64,000 bases of DNA from the NCBI GenBank assembly GCA_033580375.1, contig GCA_033580375.1_4527.1. One strand, written 5' to 3'. This DNA comes from a phage. A program made the translations under genes and the position numbers. Positions 27,957 to 36,858 of the stretch are shown here, piece after piece; within the stretch, counting starts at the first letter, position 1; every line of letters starts with the position of its first letter. The notes below the pieces were generated by a model. The model did no database searches, was not told where the DNA came from, and was given only the letters and a program-made list of their open reading frames with translations.

Positions 27957-28916
27957 TTATGATTTTAATGCATTCATTGCGTTAAAAAGTTTAGAGTACT
28001 GCAACTGGAGATTGGTCACCACCTGTTGAGCATCACGAAGCTTAGCTTGTGCTTTATCAAGTTCAACGGATAGTTGGTCTACAGTGGCCTTGATTTGATT
28101 ATAATGGTAGTCTTCGGCAGGAAGAAGGTCATTAGAAACATTTAGTTTTACTGCAGACAGTTTGCACACATTTGGCAAACCTTTAAACATACCAGATTGT
28201 GCTGGAGAATATGCACCTAGAACCTCTGCATTACCGACTGGTGTTGCTGTAATATTGCCTTCAAACAATGCATTTTCCTTTTTAAGATTTTGATAGTATT
28301 CAGAGTCTTTGTGCCACCATGGTGCAGGAACCTTTTTACCAATAGATACACGAGCTTGGATAGCGATATGGCCCTTATTCTTGATAAGGTCGACAATATT
28401 AAGCTCACGAGAATAAATTGCTTTAATCTGGTGGATATTATCACCTAAAACTTCCAACGCTTGGTGGAATACACGAGCAACGTTATCATTCTTAGGTTTA
28501 TACGTAAGAGTGAACTCATTCTCACTGATAACCATGATTTCCAACTTATCGTAAGTATATTTCAAATGTTTCATGTTAATTGCTTGAGGACGAATACGAG
28601 AAGCAATGGCCATCAGATTGTTAAGGTTATTCCGGAACTGCTTAGCGAAATATTGTCCTTCACCGTCAATACAAAAATTACGAAGTTTCTGTTTGGCTAA
28701 TAAACGGCTGAACTCACCATTTTTAATGAACTCTTTAACGGGTGTGTTAGTAACGCATTCAAATTGAGTAAACTTACGAGAAGTAATCCCATAATACGAA
28801 CAGACTTCCTCAATCTCTTCAGGAGTCTTTACAGGCATACGGATAGGATTAGGTCCTGGAGTATATGCGTTCGAGGTAAATTCTTTGATAAGTTCTCTAC
28901 GTGTAATAAAAGACAT
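27957..28916 (-). CDS. Hypothetical protein with C-terminal coiled coil, 319 aa
   Basis: Intact ORF with own promoter. Confidence 0.65.
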   Translation of the reverse strand: MSFITRRELIKEFTSNAYTPGPNPIRMPVKTPEEIEEVCSYYGITSRKFTQFECVTNTPVKEFIKNGEFSRLLAKQKLRNFCIDGEGQYFAKQFRNNLNNLMAIASRIRPQAINMKHLKYTYDKLEIMVISENEFTLTYKPKNDNVARVFHQALEVLGDNIHQIKAIYSRELNIVDLIKNKGHIAIQARVSIGKKVPAPWWHKDSEYYQNLKKENALFEGNITATPVGNAEVLGAYSPAQSGMFKGLPNVCKLSAVKLNVSNDLLPAEDYHYNQIKATVDQLSVELDKAQAKLRDAQQVVTNLQLQYSKLFNAMNALKS

Positions 28917-28942
28917 TTTATATTCCTCATGTTGAAAAAATT

Positions 28943-28971
28943 ATTATACTCCAACCATCCTTGGTTGTACA
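28943..28971 (-). promoter_or_regulatory. Early promoter (TGTACA-17-TATAAT) with the same 27-bp hairpin core
   Basis: ttatactccaaccatccttggttgta repeated exactly. Confidence 0.55.
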
Positions 28972-29967
28972 TCATTCCTTAAGAAGTTTTACTACTTGAA
29001 TAAGATTAGCTCGTTCTGTTTTATTTTTACCGTTTAAGCCTGCTAATCGTGAGATTTCATCGTCAGTCTGTTGAATAGTTACATTAAGTTCGTTAATCAA
29101 AGCTTCAAAGTATTTGATTTGCTCAGCATGTTTTGATTCAAATTTCTGAACCGGAATAACGTCTTGGTTCAGTTCATCAATAAGGTCTTTAAGAGCATCT
29201 TCTTGGTTGATATCGTATTCAACTTCTTTTATTTCTTCAACGAGCTCGTCTTTATATCTAACGTCTTTTAGTCCTGGTGCTGGTCCTGAAATCTCTTCTT
29301 TAAGAGTACAAACATACCCAATACGGTATCCAATGCCGTCTCGCTTGATATCAACTTCGTCGATAAATCCACAATGTTTAAGTCCAGAGCCGATTATGTC
29401 AAAATATCCTTGACGTCGTCCTTCAAACGTTACACGAACTACTAAGACAGTTTTGCCACCAACCTTTTGAAGCTCACATTTATAAAAGTCTGTTGAACCT
29501 GAATAACGTGGATGAGTTTTAAAGTTCATCTGACGATCTAGGCCCATTTGTAAACGTGCTGTTACAGCCATAAAACGTGTTTGGTTCTCGTTAAGATGAG
29601 CAACGATCCATTTCAAAGGCATTTTACACTGTTCACGACCGAACAAGTCGGTATGTCCTAGATTACGCAGGATGTTGTTAGAGTTAATCATCGACAGAAC
29701 GTTAAGTTTATTCAGCGCGCTGAAGATTCCATCAGCCATTGATTTTCCATAACCTTTACACGCTTTAATAAGTGCTCGCGGCAGATTAGTATAGATTTCG
29801 GACGGCATATGAAAATCAAATTTACTAGTCAGTAATTGATGAACCTGGATAGCAATTTGCTCATAATTAAGTGCTCTGCGATCGTTATGGTCTTTAAACC
29901 ACACTTTAATCTGTGAAGCACATAAACCGTTAATTTCATGTTTTACCGCATCAGATGTAATGCTCAT
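28972..29967 (-). CDS. Hypothetical protein with C-terminal coiled coil, 331 aa
   Basis: Intact ORF. Confidence 0.65.
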   Translation of the reverse strand: MSITSDAVKHEINGLCASQIKVWFKDHNDRRALNYEQIAIQVHQLLTSKFDFHMPSEIYTNLPRALIKACKGYGKSMADGIFSALNKLNVLSMINSNNILRNLGHTDLFGREQCKMPLKWIVAHLNENQTRFMAVTARLQMGLDRQMNFKTHPRYSGSTDFYKCELQKVGGKTVLVVRVTFEGRRQGYFDIIGSGLKHCGFIDEVDIKRDGIGYRIGYVCTLKEEISGPAPGLKDVRYKDELVEEIKEVEYDINQEDALKDLIDELNQDVIPVQKFESKHAEQIKYFEALINELNVTIQQTDDEISRLAGLNGKNKTERANLIQVVKLLKE

Positions 29968-30029
29968 AACTATTTCCTCAGATTGAATTGGAACTCAAAA
30001 CCATTATAACCCGTCCTTGGGTAAAGCGT

Positions 30030-30557
30030 TTATGCGTGAACCGTCTTTAAACGTTCTTCAAATTTCCGAAGAGTACTAATACGTTCTGCTTTCTGTTTTG
30101 TGTAGTTTGCAATACGTTCTGAAGTGAGAGCGTATCGTTCGTTTACTGTTTCTTTCATGAAGTCAGGGATTTCACGAGAAGCTTTAATTTCATCAAACTT
30201 ATCGAGTACTGCCTGGTCTTCAGCAATTAAATTTTCGTACATCTCGATATCTTTCTTAATGAACTCGATATCTTCCTGGGTTACTTTGGATAAACGAAAT
30301 GCTTTATCCTTTTTGTACTGCTCGTTGGTTTCACGAGACCAGAATAATGTACGTTTTTTATTAGTGTTTTTGTAGACTTCCACAATTCCAACTAAATCGA
30401 TGATAACAATCCAATTCCAGCGAGATTTGAAAATCTGACCTCCGTCCACGGTAATCTCGTTACCATAAGCAACGTCATTAAAGAACTTGCTTTGTGCTTC
30501 AGATTTAAATTTACCGTCGTTATAATTTACCAGGTTGAAAATATCTTTAGCGTTCAT
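30030..30557 (-). CDS. Hypothetical protein, 175 aa
   Basis: Intact ORF. Confidence 0.6.
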   Translation of the reverse strand: MNAKDIFNLVNYNDGKFKSEAQSKFFNDVAYGNEITVDGGQIFKSRWNWIVIIDLVGIVEVYKNTNKKRTLFWSRETNEQYKKDKAFRLSKVTQEDIEFIKKDIEMYENLIAEDQAVLDKFDEIKASREIPDFMKETVNERYALTSERIANYTKQKAERISTLRKFEERLKTVHA

Positions 30558-30583
30558 GTTTTACCTCCAGTAGTTGATAGGTC

Positions 30584-30613
30584 TATAATAACATAACCAT
30601 AGACCTTGTAAAC
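30584..30613 (-). promoter_or_regulatory. Early promoter (GTTTACA-17-TATTAT) with AGGTCTAT/ATAGACCT inverted repeat
   Basis: Read directly. Confidence 0.5.
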
Positions 30614-30615
30614 AA

Positions 30616-30891
30616 CTAAAAGAAACTTTTTTCGGTATTTTTTCCACTGAACCAAACAGACTTCGGGATTTTTTGTAATTTTTCAGATTTAAGTTTCTCT
30701 TCCTGTTCTTTCTTATACGCATCCTTGTCGTACTGGAGCATCTCTATGGCATTCTTTTGCAAACGATCTAAGGTAATTAAGGCTTTAGTTTTTCCTTTCA
30801 AGGAAGAGTCCTGGCGAACCTCCTCGCTATATTGTTCTGTTGCACTAATCATACGATGGGCATATAATTCACGACTGGCTTGGATATTCAT
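30616..30891 (-). CDS. Hypothetical protein, 91 aa
   Basis: ORF. Confidence 0.5.
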   Translation of the reverse strand: MNIQASRELYAHRMISATEQYSEEVRQDSSLKGKTKALITLDRLQKNAIEMLQYDKDAYKKEQEEKLKSEKLQKIPKSVWFSGKNTEKSFF

Positions 30892-30898
30892 AATTTCC

Positions 30899-31891
30899 TC
30901 ATTTCAGTAAAGTTACTTCGGAGATTTCCTCCCAACCATCTTTATCAGTTGAAATAAAATCTGCTACATAAAGAGCCGTACGTAATGATACATTGCGAAG
31001 ACGAGATATGTTAGCCTTCATCCAGGACAATGCTTTGTACGTTTCTGCATCCGTCAGGCCACGTTTCTGCATCATGTCAGTAGATAATATTACATCTTCA
31101 ACTCGGACCATAATCTCTTCATTAGAGTGTACTCCAAGGTCCAAATACACTGAACGAGATACTAAAGCTTGAAGGTGTGGAGCAAGTTTCGAACCGCGTT
31201 CTAACTCTTTATCGATATCAACGTTTGTAATGAAAACGATAGTACCTTCAAACTCAAATTCTTTATCTATACCCTTATCATCAAGATAAGATGATGCAGT
31301 GCTCCAGCAAACTTTGCGTTTATCGCCAGTATCTAATGCTGCTTTAAGAAGGTTCAAGATGTCCATATCAGAGAATACGTCAACGTCATCGATTAAGAGA
31401 ACGCTGTCTGCATCACGGTTGAGCCAAAGTTGTTCGTAAAGGCCAATACCAGAGATTTTGCCATTAATGCTTTTGTATTTGATGAAACCATTATCATTAG
31501 CATTATTAAGCGCTTTATCCAGAGAATATGTCTTACCAATACCGGCTGCACCTGAAATAATGAGTGAACGAATTTTGCCATCGATAATGCCATTCGTCAT
31601 CATGTTCATTACTTTAAAGCGTTTGTTGATACGAGTTTTCATATCTTCAGCGTTTTCAACAACTGCAACTGGTGATGTCTCAACTCCTTCCATTACGATG
31701 TCTGATTTGAAGACCCATACTCCACGTTCAGAACCATCAATCATAACGAAAATTTTACCGTCACCTAAGTGGGAACATTCAGGATTAAGCTTTGCCGGGA
31801 ACCATGTCTTTGTGGCAACATAAGAACCAGAGATTTCGTTATTACGATAGATACCTTTTTTGATTTGAACGTTGAACATTTTATTCTCCAA
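30899..31891 (-). CDS. P-loop ATPase (AAA-like), 330 aa
   Basis: Walker A GAAGIGKT and Walker B LLIDDVD. Confidence 0.7.
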   Translation of the reverse strand: MENKMFNVQIKKGIYRNNEISGSYVATKTWFPAKLNPECSHLGDGKIFVMIDGSERGVWVFKSDIVMEGVETSPVAVVENAEDMKTRINKRFKVMNMMTNGIIDGKIRSLIISGAAGIGKTYSLDKALNNANDNGFIKYKSINGKISGIGLYEQLWLNRDADSVLLIDDVDVFSDMDILNLLKAALDTGDKRKVCWSTASSYLDDKGIDKEFEFEGTIVFITNVDIDKELERGSKLAPHLQALVSRSVYLDLGVHSNEEIMVRVEDVILSTDMMQKRGLTDAETYKALSWMKANISRLRNVSLRTALYVADFISTDKDGWEEISEVTLLK

Positions 31892-31918
31892 ATTTACTCA
31901 TTTCGTTTCGATAGGTCT

Positions 31919-31947
31919 ATAATAACATGTTTAAAGCAAAAGTAAAC
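31919..31947 (-). promoter_or_regulatory. Early promoter (GTTTAC-17-TATTAT)
   Basis: gataggtctataataacat...gtaaac pattern. Confidence 0.5.
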
Positions 31948-31949
31948 AA

Positions 31950-32168
31950 TTATTTGCGACGAGATTTTTTGGTAAGAGGTTGAAAGAACACTGCTTTACC
32001 AGCAGGAGTCAAAGTGACTCGTAATGCATTACCGATTCCTAAGGATGCTTTAACTAGACCTTTAGCTTTCAGTTCACCGAATGCTTGACGTTGGTCTGCA
32101 TCACGAGTGTTAACCATAAGACCTTTATCACCAGCTTCACGAATCATTTCTAACATTTTGGTTTTCAT
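31950..32168 (-). CDS. Hypothetical small protein, 72 aa (possible winged-helix)
   Basis: ORF. Confidence 0.5.
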   Translation of the reverse strand: MKTKMLEMIREAGDKGLMVNTRDADQRQAFGELKAKGLVKASLGIGNALRVTLTPAGKAVFFQPLTKKSRRK

Positions 32169-32198
32169 TTTGTTTTCTCCTCTTGTTTTGATAGGTCT

Positions 32199-32226
32199 AT
32201 AATAACATATCCTAAAAGCATGTACA
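32199..32226 (-). promoter_or_regulatory. Early promoter (TGTACA-16-TATTAT)
   Basis: gataggtctataataacat...tgtaca. Confidence 0.45.
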
Positions 32227-32256
32227 CTACTTTTTAAAAATATTTTGACCCCCTAA

Positions 32257-32272
32257 AGGGCCCGAAGGCCCT
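32257..32272 (-). terminator. GC hairpin AGGGCC-uucg-GGCCCU immediately after the NTase-like gene stop (weak U-run)
   Basis: Perfect 6-bp stem with UUCG loop; may be a stability or processing element rather than a terminator. Confidence 0.3.
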
Positions 32273-32274
32273 TA

Positions 32275-33264
32275 TCATTTATAGTATGAATTGTGGTTTT
32301 CTAAGTAGACTTGCTCAAGGAAGTCATCCCAGAAACTCATATCTACTTTTTGCTGCATACCGTTCTTAGCAGCTTGTTCTGCCGCATGTTCAACTTGGTC
32401 AACGATATCTTCTAGGAATTCTTGTACGGTTTTAAACGTATGTTTACCAAGCTTAACATCGAGAATAAATGGAGCATCCTGAAGCGGGTAAACCAGGTCG
32501 CCGGTTTTGTAAATTTCTAAGAGCTGAAGTCCACCACGGCATGCGTGACTCAATGCTTTCCAATCAATACCTTCATTGGCTTCTGCCTTACGAGCACGTT
32601 CACCGTAGTTCTCTTCAAGTTTAACCAGGATGGCATTGAACTCTTTGTTAGTTAACGTATCTTGGAATTTACGGTCTAACAGATTATAGAATGTTTGCTT
32701 ACCTGTTTTCTCGTTTTCGGTTTCAACCCATGAAGCAAATTCACCTACAGGCAGAACATTCTTCATATGTGATAAACGAATTACTGCACCATTATCAAAG
32801 TATTGTCCCCATTCATTAGAACGTTTAAGGGCTTGACGAAGAACAGCCAGTCGAGAACCCTTGACACCGTATTTAGAAGCTTGCTTACGGACATACCCTA
32901 AATAAGATTTCATGTTAGTAGTATAGAAACGAGACCTGTTATCTTGAATATACTTCCATACATCAGGCAAATCAGATTTAACTACTAGACTTGGTGGAGT
33001 GTGAAGCATATCTAATGCGACAGTTTCACCATCTGCAGCTAGTTTAAAGAAATATTTGAGACTATATAACTCATGGTCCACGTCGTCTTTTGTGTTCTTA
33101 GAAGATGTGTTATTCGTGTTCTTGCTCATATGTTCTTTAACGTTACCGGTCAAAATATCACGAGCATGAGGGACATAAATTTCTTTAAAATCGACGTCAG
33201 ATTCAGGAGTAGACGTTCCATAAAGGTGGCTACCAAAGTAGCCTTTCATAATTGTTTTCATCAT
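32275..33264 (-). CDS. Pol-beta superfamily nucleotidyltransferase-like protein, 329 aa
   Basis: N-terminal FGSHLYGTSTPESDVDF fits the GSx(9-13)Dx[DE] minimal nucleotidyltransferase motif. Confidence 0.6.
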   Translation of the reverse strand: MMKTIMKGYFGSHLYGTSTPESDVDFKEIYVPHARDILTGNVKEHMSKNTNNTSSKNTKDDVDHELYSLKYFFKLAADGETVALDMLHTPPSLVVKSDLPDVWKYIQDNRSRFYTTNMKSYLGYVRKQASKYGVKGSRLAVLRQALKRSNEWGQYFDNGAVIRLSHMKNVLPVGEFASWVETENEKTGKQTFYNLLDRKFQDTLTNKEFNAILVKLEENYGERARKAEANEGIDWKALSHACRGGLQLLEIYKTGDLVYPLQDAPFILDVKLGKHTFKTVQEFLEDIVDQVEHAAEQAAKNGMQQKVDMSFWDDFLEQVYLENHNSYYK

Positions 33265-33734
33265 TTAGCCTTATATTCAAGAGTAGGACAGACTTTTTCT
33301 TTACGAGCTTTAAGGTATTCACCTATTAATGATTTCTTACGTTCAATAGGCTCAAGTCCATTTTTAATTCGTTCTTGGTTTTGTGCAATGAGCTCAACTT
33401 CTTTATAATACTTCCGCTCTCTGTATAAGTCGATTAGCCATGGTATGCCTAATACTAAAACTATAGAAATACCAACACATAATGCAATGAATAAAACACC
33501 TACACCAATTGAGGCCGGAACTAATGTCCATAAACTACTAAAGACAAAGAATTTAGTTAAAATTTCCTGGCCAATGATTGTGGCTGCTGCTAAAATCGCA
33601 AATCCAATAATCGAAACAAACAATACAGGGAGAAACGTTTTCCAAAAATAAGCACACAGCGTTTTCGGACGATTCCATGTACTATTGAACGCGGCATAAA
33701 TTTTAAAGTGCCAAGAGTTTTCATTGATAATCAT
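33261..33734 (-). CDS. Hypothetical polytopic membrane protein, 157 aa
   Basis: Three or four hydrophobic helices. Confidence 0.6.
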   Translation of the reverse strand: MIINENSWHFKIYAAFNSTWNRPKTLCAYFWKTFLPVLFVSIIGFAILAAATIIGQEILTKFFVFSSLWTLVPASIGVGVLFIALCVGISIVLVLGIPWLIDLYRERKYYKEVELIAQNQERIKNGLEPIERKKSLIGEYLKARKEKVCPTLEYKAK

Positions 33735-33743
33735 AATAATTCC

Positions 33744-34274
33744 TTATTTCAAAGTCGGGATAACAGAATCAAGATAAGCTTTAAGAGCAACAGCTTCGTC
33801 TTTGGTAAACGTAGTAATATGTGAACGTAAATCATCAATTTGGCGAATAACTACGACATCACCGTCTTCATAAGAAGGATTAACGCCCAAGACAGTTGTA
33901 GAGTCAGGGTTGGCCAGATTTGTAATAAAAGCATTACGGCATTTAGCCCATTGAAGTTTGGCCTTTTTGGCTGTTTCAGATTCAATGAATTCTTTCACCT
34001 TAGTGACGAATGTTTTCCAATTATTAATAGAAAAACATTCGTCTTCAGTTTCGATATTAACCCCACTATAAAGTCCGTGATAAAAACGAACTTGAAGGTC
34101 TTCATCAATGTTAATTACAGATGCATGGCCTGGTGGATTTAGTTTCAAAATCTTGTCCAGTTCCATAGGAAGAATAGTAACAGCATCATCTTCTTGTGTC
34201 AGAACGTAAGCGTAACCACGTTTTTCGATACATAAATCACCAAACAACTCAGTTGTTTCAATTACAGTTTTCAT
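33744..34274 (-). CDS. Hypothetical protein, about 176 aa
   Basis: ATG 34272-34274 (ORF track start 34286 is TTG). Confidence 0.6.
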   Translation of the reverse strand: MKTVIETTELFGDLCIEKRGYAYVLTQEDDAVTILPMELDKILKLNPPGHASVINIDEDLQVRFYHGLYSGVNIETEDECFSINNWKTFVTKVKEFIESETAKKAKLQWAKCRNAFITNLANPDSTTVLGVNPSYEDGDVVVIRQIDDLRSHITTFTKDEAVALKAYLDSVIPTLK

Positions 34275-34275
34275 A

Positions 34276-34455
34276 TTATTCACCAATTAAAGTTTCAACA
34301 AAATTCACCAAATCATTCAGACAAGCATCAACCTGATTTTCATAAAACTCTTCGTTATCATTTACCGCATGATAAGCTACATCATTCAAATCTGAATCGG
34401 CTTCACGTAAGTTACGGATAAGTTCCATCAATTTATTAGCTTGTTCACGGGTCAT
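34276..34455 (-). CDS. Hypothetical acidic protein, 59 aa (not in ORF track)
   Basis: Hand translation MTREQANKLMELIRNLREADSDLNDVAYHAVNDNEEFYENQVDACLNDLVNFVETLIGE. Confidence 0.4.
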   Translation of the reverse strand: MTREQANKLMELIRNLREADSDLNDVAYHAVNDNEEFYENQVDACLNDLVNFVETLIGE

Positions 34456-34562
34456 TTTACCATACTCGTTTCAATAAGATTCACTATGCCGTTTACCATG
34501 TTATAAGTAAACATCGGATAATTGTATTGTACTACAACATAAGCGATAAGCAAAAGTTTCAT
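34452..34562 (-). CDS. Hypothetical hydrophobic peptide, 36 aa (not in ORF track)
   Basis: MKLLLIAYVVVQYNYPMFTYNMVNGIVNLIETSMVK; GGAGAA SD, ATGA coupling to next ORF, directly downstream of promoter 34591-34620. Confidence 0.3.
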   Translation of the reverse strand: MKLLLIAYVVVQYNYPMFTYNMVNGIVNLIETSMVK

Positions 34563-34590
34563 TTTGTTCTCCATTCGTTTTAGTAGGACT

Positions 34591-34620
34591 ACTATAACAT
34601 AGTCCTACCAAGATGTAAAC
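34591..34620 (-). promoter_or_regulatory. Early promoter in stem-loop (GTTTAC-18-TATAGT inside TAGGACTA/TAGTCCTA inverted repeat)
   Basis: Member of repeated family (also 45692, 46984, 53910, 54239). Confidence 0.55.
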
Positions 34621-34856
34621 TACCGATTGTGTTTTAAATGTTGATAAAGTTCTTCAACTTGTTTAGGGTCCAAAACAATTAAGTCATTTTCTTGACGAAG
34701 ATAAATCCATCCCTTATCCCCAGGACCATTTTTACAAAACATCACCGTCGTCATATCATCATCTTCAGCGCTTTCAGGTAAAAGTTCAAGTACGCCGTCT
34801 TCAGATTTTCCAGTATAATCGTAAAGCATAATGTCCTCACATAATCTCGTTAACAT
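34620..34856 (-). CDS. Hypothetical protein, 78 aa
   Basis: ORF. Confidence 0.5.
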   Translation of the reverse strand: MLTRLCEDIMLYDYTGKSEDGVLELLPESAEDDDMTTVMFCKNGPGDKGWIYLRQENDLIVLDPKQVEELYQHLKHNR

Positions 34857-35016
34857 ACATTTGCAATTCAGTGTGCGTATCAGCCATCTTTTTCATTGCC
34901 TTATTGATATCGATATCACCGTCTTCACACCCATGGGCATTTTCCCAATCAGATACAGCATTAGCATACTCTTCAATCAAAAACATTAACTTAGAAATTT
35001 TTTCTTTACGTGACAT
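34837..35016 (-). CDS. Hypothetical protein, about 59 aa
   Basis: ATG 35014-35016 with GAGGAG SD. Confidence 0.45.
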   Translation of the reverse strand: MSRKEKISKLMFLIEEYANAVSDWENAHGCEDGDIDINKAMKKMADTHTELQMYVNEIM

Positions 35017-35043
35017 AACGTTCTCCTCTAGTAAGTAAGGTCT

Positions 35044-35072
35044 ACTATAACACAACCTGAGGAGAAGTAAAC
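35044..35072 (-). promoter_or_regulatory. Early promoter (GTTTAC-17-TATAGT)
   Basis: Read directly. Confidence 0.5.
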
Positions 35073-35081
35073 TGATAGATA

Positions 35082-35111
35082 CAAAAAAGCCCCAACCTTT
35101 CGGAAGGGGCT
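35082..35111 (-). terminator. Rho-independent terminator (AGCCCC...GGGGCU hairpin + U7); 24-bp hairpin identical to 51581-51604
   Basis: Hairpin plus T-run on minus strand. Confidence 0.7.
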
Positions 35112-35117
35112 AGTAAA

Positions 35118-35420
35118 TTAGATAGATGTAGGCTCTAATTTTATTTTCATGAACTCGGCAAATTGTCTGGCAGTTTTTATGCCTTGTTCCTGGCATTCAA
35201 ATGCATCATCACAGGGGCTATTTTTGTAATGCTTTGCCATATACTTATAAAATTTTTCAGAATTCTCAACATTTTGAATTTCGAACAAAGTATATACGTT
35301 TTTAATCCCTGATTCCATAAAGTTATCAAAGTACGGGTCAACATATGCAGTACCAACAATAGGAGTCGTTGCTGCAAAAAACCCCAGCATCGCCACAATG
35401 GCTATCGCTCTTAAGGCCAT
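35118..35420 (-). CDS. Hypothetical secreted/periplasmic protein, 100 aa
   Basis: N-terminal signal-peptide-like MALRAIAIVAMLGFFAATTPIVGTA. Confidence 0.55.
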   Translation of the reverse strand: MALRAIAIVAMLGFFAATTPIVGTAYVDPYFDNFMESGIKNVYTLFEIQNVENSEKFYKYMAKHYKNSPCDDAFECQEQGIKTARQFAEFMKIKLEPTSI

Positions 35421-35432
35421 ATAGGCCTCCTG

Positions 35433-35645
35433 TTAATTTTGGCCAGTATTTATTTTTCGCCTTTGAACGGCCTTAACATCTGCGAGGTATTTTTCCAGCT
35501 TGCGCTTGCGTGTATAATCAGCTTTAGAACCAGTTTGACGGATATCCTCGTTTAAATGAGAAATAGAATGTCCTAATTCTCTTCGGATTTCATCCAATTG
35601 GGTTACAGTAAGATTACGAAGTTGTCTTTCGTTTAATTGCTGCAT
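35433..35645 (-). CDS. Hypothetical protein, 70 aa
   Basis: ORF. Confidence 0.5.
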   Translation of the reverse strand: MQQLNERQLRNLTVTQLDEIRRELGHSISHLNEDIRQTGSKADYTRKRKLEKYLADVKAVQRRKINTGQN

Positions 35646-35672
35646 ATATACCTCTTGGTTAGATATTAGTAT

Positions 35673-36254
35673 TTATAACAACCCTGTCAAATCATTCCAA
35701 TGCTTCCGGCATAATGACACATATCTATCGGTATCACCAATTTCAATTTGTCCACCGTCTGTAATTGGAAGTCCATCTTCCGTGACTCTAGCTACCATAG
35801 TGGCCTTTTTACCACAATGACAGACACCTTTAAGTTCAACAAGCTTGTCGGCAATAGCCATTAATGCTTGAGAACCTTCAAATAGATTACCTTTAAAATC
35901 TGTTCGTAGTCCATATGCCATTACTGGCACATTGTATACGTCAACAATACGACTAAGTTGATACACCTTTTCAGTAGTTAAGAACTGAGCTTCGTCAACA
36001 AATACACAGTGAATATCCTTTTGTGCTGCAGCCCATTTATAGAATTCAAAGATATCCATGTCTTTTGTAATTATATTGGCATCCTGACGAATACCAATAC
36101 GAGAGACTATTTCACCTTTTGAATCACGAGTATCAATATCCGGTTTAAGAACTAATACACCCATGCCACGTTCTTTATAGTTATGTGCGGCAGTAAGTAA
36201 TGAAGCAGACTTACCAGCGTTCATTGCTGCATAAGTAAAAATTAAACTCGCCAT
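35673..36254 (-). CDS. tk: Thymidine kinase, 193 aa
   Basis: P-loop MNAGKSASLL, C-terminal Zn-binding CHCG...LCRKHW. Confidence 0.92.
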   Translation of the reverse strand: MASLIFTYAAMNAGKSASLLTAAHNYKERGMGVLVLKPDIDTRDSKGEIVSRIGIRQDANIITKDMDIFEFYKWAAAQKDIHCVFVDEAQFLTTEKVYQLSRIVDVYNVPVMAYGLRTDFKGNLFEGSQALMAIADKLVELKGVCHCGKKATMVARVTEDGLPITDGGQIEIGDTDRYVSLCRKHWNDLTGLL

Positions 36255-36263
36255 AAGAGTCCC

Positions 36264-36446
36264 TTATAATGAATTCACATAGTCAATGAGTTCTTGTTCT
36301 TTCCTGTCAAATGATTCCAACAACGCTTGATATTCTTCATCTGTTAAAGGAGCATATTCATCGTACGCATTGGTGGCTGCTTGCTCATCCAATAGGTCAT
36401 GGATAAGTTCGAACAGTTTAGCTTTCTCTTCTTTAGTCAATTTCAT
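36264..36446 (-). CDS. Hypothetical acidic protein, 60 aa
   Basis: ORF. Confidence 0.45.
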   Translation of the reverse strand: MKLTKEEKAKLFELIHDLLDEQAATNAYDEYAPLTDEEYQALLESFDRKEQELIDYVNSL

Positions 36447-36670
36447 TTAGGTTCACCTTCTTTAACGAAATCTGGGTAAGGGTAAAATCCTGAGTAAAAC
36501 CCTTCACCTTTGTGATTGCTACAACCTTTGTTCGAACAGTAGCACCAATAATCAAAATCACAAGCCATTTCATCATTGCATAAAGCAAAAACTACAGGCC
36601 ATTCACATCTTTCGCATTTAGCACCTGTAAGAATTTTTGTTTGACTCATAACCATTTGACCTGCATGCAA
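36443..36670 (-). CDS. Hypothetical Cys-rich protein, 75 aa
   Basis: Multiple Cys (CERCEW...CNDEMAC...CYCSNKGC). Confidence 0.5.
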   Translation of the reverse strand: MHAGQMVMSQTKILTGAKCERCEWPVVFALCNDEMACDFDYWCYCSNKGCSNHKGEGFYSGFYPYPDFVKEGEPK

Positions 36671-36858
36671 TATTCTTCGACATGCTTTTTACGACCTTTC
36701 TTATCAATAAAGGTGTATTCCATAAAGCGTCCATGATAACGACGTTCAACATCGTGAGGGGTGTTAATAGGACACTTAGTCTGACGAATTTCTTCCCATT
36801 CACGAATAATAACTGCTTTATTCTTTGGGTCATACGGGTGAGGATAATGCACATTCAT
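36646..36858 (-). CDS. Hypothetical protein, about 70 aa
   Basis: ATG 36856-36858 in ATGA overlap with macro gene stop. Confidence 0.45.
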   Translation of the reverse strand: MNVHYPHPYDPKNKAVIIREWEEIRQTKCPINTPHDVERRYHGRFMEYTFIDKKGRKKHVEEYCMQVKWL

